The notes under the pieces are model-generated. The model was not told the DNA's origin. It saw only the letters and a list, made by a program, of their open reading frames with translations, and made no database searches. This document shows positions 7,997-14,406 of a stretch of 40,000 bases of DNA, piece after piece. This DNA is from Bradyrhizobium mercantei (GTDB lineage Bacteria; Pseudomonadota; Alphaproteobacteria; Rhizobiales; Xanthobacteraceae). How positions within the stretch are numbered: the first letter of the stretch is position 1; each line of letters begins with the position of its first letter. The translations under genes were made by a program, and so were the position numbers. The stretch is taken from contig NZ_MKFI01000003.1 in the NCBI RefSeq assembly GCF_001982635.1, positions 921,277 to 961,276 on the forward strand, read 5' to 3'.

Positions 7997-8628
7997 CGGA
8001 TGCCAAGATGCTTGTGGGTTTGAACGCTGAGACGCCACTTCGGATTGTTCAGGCAGTACGCGACAGCCTGCCGCGTGTGGTCGACCACGTCGGGGCCGTC
8101 CATCGGTTGAAGCAGAAAATTATCGAAGCCCATCCTCTCGAACCGTTCAGGCGGGGCTAGCGTCTGCGGGTACACGAGTTTGAGTTCGTGTCCTCGGGTG
8201 ATCGCGAGTTCGGCATTCGATTTTGGGCTGACGCAGATCCAATCGATGCCGGCAGGGGCCGGCAGCGTTCCATTCGTCTCGATCGCGATACGGAAGCCGA
8301 AGCCGTGCAGCGCCCGCACGACTTCGTCGTCAACCTGCAGCAGGGGCTCTCCCCCGGTGAGGACGCAGAGACGATGAGCTTCGCCGGCGGTCCATTCGGA
8401 GACGATCGCCTCGGCGAGGCTTTGTGCGTCGCGATACCGGCCTCCCTTCGTGCCGTCGGTTCCGACGAAATCCGTATCGCAGAAACGACAGACCGCCTCG
8501 TGCCGATCCTGTTCGCGTCCCGACCACAGATTGCAGCCGGCGAACCGGCAGAACACCGCGGGGCGCCCGGCCTGTATTCCCTCGCCCTGCAGCGTCAGAA
8601 AAATCTCCTTGACCGCGTAGGAGCCCAT
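7993..8628 (-). CDS. queE: 7-carboxy-7-deazaguanine synthase (radical SAM)
   Basis: The N-terminus is EIFLTLQGEGIQAGRPAVFCRFAGC. A CX14CX2C cluster motif (C-NLWSGREQDRHEAV-C-RF-C-DTDF) is present, as in Burkholderia-type QueE. Confidence 0.9.
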   Translation of the reverse strand: MGSYAVKEIFLTLQGEGIQAGRPAVFCRFAGCNLWSGREQDRHEAVCRFCDTDFVGTDGTKGGRYRDAQSLAEAIVSEWTAGEAHRLCVLTGGEPLLQVDDEVVRALHGFGFRIAIETNGTLPAPAGIDWICVSPKSNAELAITRGHELKLVYPQTLAPPERFERMGFDNFLLQPMDGPDVVDHTRQAVAYCLNNPKWRLSVQTHKHLGIR

Positions 8629-8641
8629 ATCCCTACCGCCC

Positions 8642-9679
8642 TCAATTGGCGCGCCGGATGAGGCGCACGAGATAGTGCGACACCAGCCGATAGTCGGCCT
8701 TCGTGTTCTGAAGGGCGTGCCACAAACGCTTTTCGGTGCCGAAATTCCACTCGCCGCTGGACCAATGGGTCTTGCCGACCAGACACTTCAGGCCGTTCTC
8801 GAATTGTCGTTGCGATTTCGCCTTGTTCCTGATGGCAAGTTCGTCCATCGCGTAGCCCAGGGAGATCAGACCGACGCCGTGCACAAGACGCGACGTCTTC
8901 GGCGTATGATCTTTCCAATCCTTAGCGAAGATGTGCTGCACCGCGCCGAAGAAATTGCTGACGAGTTCGACGCCCTCGGACATCAGTTCTCCGTTGCTTT
9001 CGAAGCCGCGAAGCGCGCCCTGCTGCAGCGAATTCATCAAAAGCCGCTGCAGAAGGGTGTCCTTGATGATGCCCTCAGGATGGGTCTGTTGGTTGATCTG
9101 GCCGCGAAGCGACGAATCCGGATCGTAGTTGAGGCGTTCCGTCAACAATGCGGCGCCGGCGCGATCGGACAAACGGTGCGGCAGTCCGTCCAGCCCCGGC
9201 AGCAGTTCGTAGATAAGAGGCTTGGCGATCGGCCGCGTATTGTTGACCAGAATGAATTGACGGTTGAGTTCTGCCATGTCGTCGCAGAGGAACGAAGAGA
9301 CGAGAAATTCGAATTTCCGCTCCGGCAAGCTCAGCGCCGCGCAGAGACGTTGCTGGCCGTCGACCACCCACCCCGGAGGCCCGCCGGAAGTGTCGACCAC
9401 AAAACCGCCGTCGCGTGTGGCCGAGGCTCCCTTGGCGAACGCGAGCACGATCGCGTTGGGCAGCATCGCATCGTCCTGCCCCAAATAATCGCTTATCTCC
9501 CTGATATGGGACGCGATCTGCGGCCGCTGAAATCCGTTCAGACGACCTTTCGCATCGCGGCCGATCCGCTCGATGCGAGCGATCTTCGTGATCTCCTGCG
9601 GGGTCGCGGAGAAGCAGATGACCCGAGGGCCCTTGCCCTGGCGCGGTGAAATCGTCGGCTCGAAACGTACTTTAGTCAT
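8642..9679 (-). CDS. DGQHR-domain (DndB/DpdB-like, ParB-nuclease-fold) protein, paralog 1
   Basis: The motifs are GFQRPQIASHIREISDYL, LPNAIVLAF, WVVDGQQR and RQFILVNNTRP. The start ATG 9679 overlaps the stop of the upstream TGT-like gene (ATGA). Confidence 0.85.
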   Translation of the reverse strand: MTKVRFEPTISPRQGKGPRVICFSATPQEITKIARIERIGRDAKGRLNGFQRPQIASHIREISDYLGQDDAMLPNAIVLAFAKGASATRDGGFVVDTSGGPPGWVVDGQQRLCAALSLPERKFEFLVSSFLCDDMAELNRQFILVNNTRPIAKPLIYELLPGLDGLPHRLSDRAGAALLTERLNYDPDSSLRGQINQQTHPEGIIKDTLLQRLLMNSLQQGALRGFESNGELMSEGVELVSNFFGAVQHIFAKDWKDHTPKTSRLVHGVGLISLGYAMDELAIRNKAKSQRQFENGLKCLVGKTHWSSGEWNFGTEKRLWHALQNTKADYRLVSHYLVRLIRRAN

Positions 9680-10962
9680 CGTTCTCTTTTCCGGACTTGT
9701 TTGCCGTCCGCCGTCAGGTGCGCGTAGAAGACGTGCAGGTTGTGGATGCCGCGTCTCTTGTTGCGATTGGACGAACGGAAGATTAATGCCTCCACGCCGG
9801 CGTCGCGACAGACGCGGCAGCGACAGCGCTCCCAGGGCCGATCGCCCAGCGTTTTCAGATAGGCCGTTCGCAATTCGGCGAGCCTCGCCTCGTTGCGTGC
9901 GTCGCTCGCGCGCTCGTCCCAGAGGGCGTATCGGCCGTACTCGATGACAGCATCCACCGCGGATTCGACCTTCATCCTTCGGGAGGCGAACTTGCGAACG
10001 CCTTCCAGCGCGCGCGTCTCAAGCCGGAGCAGATTTTCTTGGTCGAGACGCCCCCTGCGGGCACTTCTCAGCAGCCTGTCGTTGTCGATCGCCTGGGGGA
10101 TCCGGACCGCCGTGTAATAGGCGAGTTCGCCGCTCTTCCCCAAGGCATAGTAATTGCGCTTGCCGTCCTTGAAGGCGCGCAGCAACGGCGACGTGGTGTC
10201 GAAGCTTGCAACGCCGTATTTCCTCACAGCTGCGAGGTGCTCGGTCTTGCCGAAGCCGAGAAGGTGCAGCTTGATGCTTCTTGGCAGAGACTCGCGGATC
10301 GTCGCCAACGCCTTCTCGATCTGCTCGATGCGCAACGGTACCATGCCGCCGACGGCGAGATAGCCGTAACCCATCTTGGCGAGCGCGGTCGCACAGTCGG
10401 CCATGCTGCGCGCAGACCAGCCCTGAATGACGCCGACTGGAGTGAACTTCCTGCCCAAAGCCTTCGATGCCGGCAGAAATCGGCGCGCGTTCTCGATCGT
10501 GATGTCCACGCGCCGCTTCGCCTCGGCTGAAGGCTTCATCCCGTCCTCAAGGAAATCGAAAACCAGATGGTCGATCGAGCAGCCGTGCGTGAAGCCGCCG
10601 TCCTCGTAGAATTCGAGTGTGTCATGGATTTTATAGGGCGGATCCTTCCGGTCTCGATACGTGAAGGCGCCGTTGTCCCCCATCACCATGCTGCCGGGAT
10701 ATTTGGAAAGCGGGTAGCGGAGAAATTCGCGCGCTCCTTCCCTGCGGAAGCGCATCGCCTGCGCCTCCGAATACTTGCCGGTCACGGTAGCGTCCCCGAC
10801 GATCGCTCGGGAGACCAGCAGACCATCGTAGGGTGGGGTGTCCAGGTGCTCGTGCGGGAAGTCGTCGTCGGCATGCGCGCGCCGCCGCTTCGCCGCGCGG
10901 TCCGCGACGAAGTCGAACTCCGGGTCAACGAAATCAAGGCTATCGGAATACAAGAACTTCAT
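9676..10962 (-). CDS. DpdA-like TGT-fold transglycosylase (candidate DNA-guanine:preQ0 transglycosylase)
   Basis: - I trimmed the ORF to MKFLYSDSLDF (ATG 10962, an ATGA overlap with the upstream stop).
- The TGT-like elements are MGDNGAF (catalytic Asp region), YLAVGGMVP and LHLLGFG.
- The Zn site is CRCRVC (CxCxxC) followed by IHNLH.
- The 604-aa track version has an Arg-rich N-terminus lying inside the neighbouring gene; I judge it spurious. Confidence 0.85.
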   Translation of the reverse strand: MKFLYSDSLDFVDPEFDFVADRAAKRRRAHADDDFPHEHLDTPPYDGLLVSRAIVGDATVTGKYSEAQAMRFRREGAREFLRYPLSKYPGSMVMGDNGAFTYRDRKDPPYKIHDTLEFYEDGGFTHGCSIDHLVFDFLEDGMKPSAEAKRRVDITIENARRFLPASKALGRKFTPVGVIQGWSARSMADCATALAKMGYGYLAVGGMVPLRIEQIEKALATIRESLPRSIKLHLLGFGKTEHLAAVRKYGVASFDTTSPLLRAFKDGKRNYYALGKSGELAYYTAVRIPQAIDNDRLLRSARRGRLDQENLLRLETRALEGVRKFASRRMKVESAVDAVIEYGRYALWDERASDARNEARLAELRTAYLKTLGDRPWERCRCRVCRDAGVEALIFRSSNRNKRRGIHNLHVFYAHLTADGKQVRKRER

Positions 10963-12074
10963 GCCGCCGAAGCCCTTGAGACGTCTCGCTCGAGTTGGAT
11001 CAGGTAGTTGGAGAGCAGACGTTGGTCCTTGGGTGTCGATTGGAGGTCGTTCCAATCGCGGTTCAGCGCCTCCCATCTTCCTTCGGTCCAGCGGCAATAG
11101 GGAGCGAGGCGCGTGAGCACCGACCTCACCGCCGAAGGGTCGCCGCCGAAATTGCCGTAACGCGTCATGATCTGATCCATGAGGACGCCCATCGCAGTGA
11201 TGCCGGCGGCATGCATGAGCCTGCTTCGGTCTGGCGGAAGACCCCAAGCGCCGGGGAACGCGTCCCGAACCGCCGACCAGAAGGAGACGAGGAGCCGATA
11301 CATCGCGTCGGTATCGGCGGTCCCGTCGGTGTCGACGTGCGCGGCAAGCGCGCCGCGTGGATCCTGCAAGCTGCGGCGCATGAGATTGGTCAGGGTCGAA
11401 TCGGTAACGACGGCCAAAGGGGACGAATGGGATGGTCTCTTGACGAGTTGATAGAAGGGAGAGTTCGGCGTATCGGCAAGTGCGGCGCACAGTATGCTCG
11501 GGACCCGGCGCGCGGAGAGATCGCGCGGAAGGACGGTCCCCACCGTCGGCAACAGTTCGTCGATGAGGCGCTTGTCGAGGGGGCGCGCCTTGTTCACGAG
11601 AATGAATTGCTCGCGGTGAACCGCTATGTCACTTGAGACGAACGCGATGACCGGCACCGGAAGATTTGACCCGCCAGATTCGGCGAGTGCCAGCGCGCGC
11701 TGCTGTCCGTCCACGATCCAGGCAGACTTCCTTCCCGGTCTCACCGGAATCGAGAGCACGCCGGCGTCGCCGGCGCCATCGACGGTCTCGTTCTTCGTGC
11801 CCCTCTTTTGATTGAACTTGGCGCCGGCGATCGCGAGAATCACGGCATTCGGAAACAGGACGTCGCCGCCGGCCAGATATTCGGCTATCGCCTTGACATG
11901 GGCGCGGATCTCGGGCCGCTGGAAACCCTCGATCTGACTGTCCGTGGACTGCTTGATCCGGGCGATCTCGGCGATTTCGAGTATCCGCGATCCGGGAACG
12001 AAGAACGCGAAGACCTCGGTGCCGCCTTGGCGGGTCCTGATGGCGTGCACGTTCACGCATGGGATAGCCTTCAT
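10959..12074 (-). CDS. DGQHR-domain (DndB/DpdB-like) protein, paralog 2
   Basis: I trimmed the ORF to MKAIPCVNVH (ATG 12074, an ATGA overlap with the upstream stop). The motifs are GFQRPEIRAHVKAIAEYL, FPNAVILAI, WIVDGQQR and EQFILVNKARP. The protein is collinear with paralog 1 along its whole length. Confidence 0.85.
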   Translation of the reverse strand: MKAIPCVNVHAIRTRQGGTEVFAFFVPGSRILEIAEIARIKQSTDSQIEGFQRPEIRAHVKAIAEYLAGGDVLFPNAVILAIAGAKFNQKRGTKNETVDGAGDAGVLSIPVRPGRKSAWIVDGQQRALALAESGGSNLPVPVIAFVSSDIAVHREQFILVNKARPLDKRLIDELLPTVGTVLPRDLSARRVPSILCAALADTPNSPFYQLVKRPSHSSPLAVVTDSTLTNLMRRSLQDPRGALAAHVDTDGTADTDAMYRLLVSFWSAVRDAFPGAWGLPPDRSRLMHAAGITAMGVLMDQIMTRYGNFGGDPSAVRSVLTRLAPYCRWTEGRWEALNRDWNDLQSTPKDQRLLSNYLIQLERDVSRASAA

Positions 12075-13036
12075 GAGAGCCCTCGCCGCACGTCGTTGTA
12101 GATCCGAGAGAACCGACCCTGTTCGCAGGACACCCCTTCGACATTCCTTAGATGTCTGAGGACCATGTTCGACGTGGGTCCGACCTTCGGCATCAGGCGG
12201 GTGACCATCCTTCTGATCTCGTCGTCGGAAACCCTCTTCTGGACCCGCGGTCGGCGAAAGGCGACAGGGGCGAGGCGCGCCGCGACGGCCTTCCTGTCGG
12301 TCTCGAGCGTCCCGTCGGATCGCGGCGAAATGTTCGTCACAAAATCGAGAAGCGCGCGCTGGGGAAAGTCGACCCGCGTTCCTGGGCGCCCGAGCCTGTC
12401 CAACCGTTCGTCGTACGGCATCACGTATGGCTTGAGGGCGTGGCACAGATGATTGCTGATGGACAGCCCGAACAATCTGAGCTGAACACCCTCCATTCGG
12501 GAAACGGCTATCAACTCCTTCTCGATCATCGCGGCGTAGGCGCGCGAAAGGCACACCAGAACTTGCGAGCAGCCCTTCGCGTCTTTCGCCAGAGTTGAGG
12601 AGAAAGGTCCCTTCGAGACGTGGGTCCACCATCGCGCGGCGCTCACTTCGCCCTTGATCTTGCGGAGGACGGAGGCCGGCCCGACCGGCCGGATCGTCAG
12701 ATCGTAGCCCGGAATCGGGGTTTCGCTCTTCACGTAACCCAGTCCCGCGGAAAGAACGGCAAATCTTCCCGAAACGTGCTCCGCGGCCTTGCGGGCCATC
12801 TGGAACGCCCGCCCCTTATAGAGATCGGCCGCCGGCTGGAGTTGGGTCTCCCTCTTCAGCCGTCCGATCCAGGCATCTGCGGTCTGCTCGAGCGTCCCGC
12901 GCGGCAACGATCTGACGGAAAGCGCGCGCGTGCATCGCTTTCCTGCCGAACAGGTCGTCACGACCAGCGTCGGTTTTCGGAGGCGGTTGATCGTTTTCGT
13001 ACGAGAAACTGCCATTCTTTCTGCGACCGTAGCCAC
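12071..13036 (-). CDS. hypothetical protein (321 aa) with a conserved-looking N-terminal module and a basic, HTH-like C-terminal region
   Basis: The codon pattern is good. The stop is translationally coupled (ATGA) to DGQHR paralog 2. The motifs are LVVTTCSAGKR, AADLYKGRAFQ and FAVLSAGLGYV..IPGYDLTI. These resemble the YaaA/DUF6884-type pattern (CSxxK ... LY.G..F ... ILSA.yGl ... PYD) as I recall it; this has not been verified. Confidence 0.65.
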   Translation of the reverse strand: MATVAERMAVSRTKTINRLRKPTLVVTTCSAGKRCTRALSVRSLPRGTLEQTADAWIGRLKRETQLQPAADLYKGRAFQMARKAAEHVSGRFAVLSAGLGYVKSETPIPGYDLTIRPVGPASVLRKIKGEVSAARWWTHVSKGPFSSTLAKDAKGCSQVLVCLSRAYAAMIEKELIAVSRMEGVQLRLFGLSISNHLCHALKPYVMPYDERLDRLGRPGTRVDFPQRALLDFVTNISPRSDGTLETDRKAVAARLAPVAFRRPRVQKRVSDDEIRRMVTRLMPKVGPTSNMVLRHLRNVEGVSCEQGRFSRIYNDVRRGLS

Positions 13037-13099
13037 TCTTTACTGCAAGGACGGGGAAAGCCAAAAAGCACGGATGGAGTTGGCGAATTCCCCAACGCC

Positions 13100-13137
13100 C
13101 CCTTAGCTAATCCGACAAGCAACGCGCGCTGTCAAGC
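13100..13137 (-). promoter_or_regulatory. candidate internal promoter ahead of the modification genes
   Basis: This lies in the 170-nt gap between the nuclease stop (13207) and the next start (13036). The minus strand reads CTTGACA-gcgcgcgttgcttgtcgg-ATTAGCTAAG. The -35 hexamer is perfect; the -10 is only weak. Confidence 0.25.
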
Positions 13138-13206
13138 TCCGGTTGTGCAGTTTCTTGAGCCTTCCCGAAGAAATGCTCTGCAGTTATCACCACGCTTTCG
13201 CGGGGA

Positions 13207-14400
13207 TCACGGGACTTGGGGCAGTCGGTTGCGGCCCGTCGCGTCTGGACAATGATATTTGAAGTCGCAAGCCGTGCAGGTCCGTTGTTCCGGCTGTGTG
13301 GGCCAGGGCGCACGGGTCGATCCCTGCGTGATCTCGGCCTGGACCGCCACTTCGATGTCTCCGACGACCCTGTCGAACCGACCGGTTGCCTCGTCGAGGG
13401 AGGCGGGCGTGACCTCGACAAGCCGAAAGCTCCGATCCTCGAGAAAGAGCTTACTGAGGCCGCGCGTCTGGCCGGTCTCGAGTTCTTCGCCTTCCTGCTC
13501 CGGGCTTTCGCGTTCGCCCAGGAGGAATGCGCGATCGGCCTGGGCCGGCATGACATCGGTCGTGCGCCCTCTCACATCGCTCCGCAGATCGCGAAGGTCG
13601 GTCTGCGAGGGATAGAGTTCGTTCAGGTATAGAAGTACGCCCGCGATCACCCTCGCGTCGGGATTTTGCCGATGCCGTAGCCACGCATAAGTCTGTATCT
13701 GCCACGCCTGGTGGAGCCACGTGTCGCTCCCCACGCTTGGAGGGCGCCTCATGCCCTTGTAGTCCACTATGATCTCGAAGGGGGCATCGCTCCGTTCCAT
13801 CTCGGCGCGTACCACCGGGCTTTGGCGAAGACGGTGAAGAATGGCGTTGCTCGGAGGTGCGCGATGGAGTTGAACCGAACTCAAGACATCGACTATTCCC
13901 GTGACAGAGTAGCGTACGGCCCGCATCTGCGCATTGGGCGGCAACTCCCTGGATCCCATCAGGCGCAGTTCCGCTTCGGCGACGAGCGGAAAGAGATGGA
14001 CGCCCCACGTGTTCAAGGCCGCTTCCGCCCGGCGACTTGCGATGCCTCGGCCGTTCTCTGTCGGATTATCATAGTCGAGATACAGAAGGCGCGGCGGAGG
14101 ACGCAGCCCCCGCGACAGCAGCCTGCGATAGACCGTCTCCTCGATCGGGCGGATGTGCGTCGCCCACGTCCAAGGCCAACCGCCGTTCCAGGGGGCTCCG
14201 CCGGCCCGCCACCGCGCAAACGCCTCCTCCATCAGGCCGTGAATGAATTCGCCGAACCACTGTTGAACCGGGACGGAAGGAGGCAAGCCCGCCTTGTTGT
14301 ATAGACGATACTGGCGTCCACATTTTAAGAACGCCAGCAAGTCGCCCGTGAGGCTGTACTCGGGGATGATGCGCTCGACGCCGTGCGGACGGATGCTCAT
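13207..14400 (-). CDS. PD-(D/E)XK nuclease of the RecB/AddB/Cas4 type with a predicted 4-Cys Fe-S cluster
   Basis: One N-terminal Cys (AFLKCGRQY) plus the C-terminal CTACDFKYHC gives the C...CxxCx5C arrangement. The nuclease motifs are TGIVDVL, EIIVDYKG (D/ExK) and QIQTYAWL (QxxxY). The start is 6 nt after the helicase stop. Confidence 0.8.
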   Translation of the reverse strand: MSIRPHGVERIIPEYSLTGDLLAFLKCGRQYRLYNKAGLPPSVPVQQWFGEFIHGLMEEAFARWRAGGAPWNGGWPWTWATHIRPIEETVYRRLLSRGLRPPPRLLYLDYDNPTENGRGIASRRAEAALNTWGVHLFPLVAEAELRLMGSRELPPNAQMRAVRYSVTGIVDVLSSVQLHRAPPSNAILHRLRQSPVVRAEMERSDAPFEIIVDYKGMRRPPSVGSDTWLHQAWQIQTYAWLRHRQNPDARVIAGVLLYLNELYPSQTDLRDLRSDVRGRTTDVMPAQADRAFLLGERESPEQEGEELETGQTRGLSKLFLEDRSFRLVEVTPASLDEATGRFDRVVGDIEVAVQAEITQGSTRAPWPTQPEQRTCTACDFKYHCPDATGRNRLPQVP

Positions 14401-14406
14401 CGATGA

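Noticed and set aside
1775-8918. Many antisense or out-of-frame ORFs lie opposite confident genes, for example 1775-2275, 3792-4277, 5275-5826, 5875-6366, 7404-8006, 7625-8023, 8188-8661 and 8675-9649.
   Set aside because: Each lies inside a gene with strong family motifs on the other strand or frame, and each has the Arg/Pro/Gly-rich composition typical of shadow ORFs in GC-rich DNA.
9676-12632. Long versions of two track ORFs (9676-11490, 604 aa; 10959-12632, 557 aa) imply about 530 nt of gene overlap each.
   Set aside because: The extra N-terminal parts are Arg/Pro-rich, low-complexity translations of the neighbouring gene in another frame. Internal ATGs at 10962 and 12074 begin the recognisable domains and form ATGA overlaps with the upstream stops.
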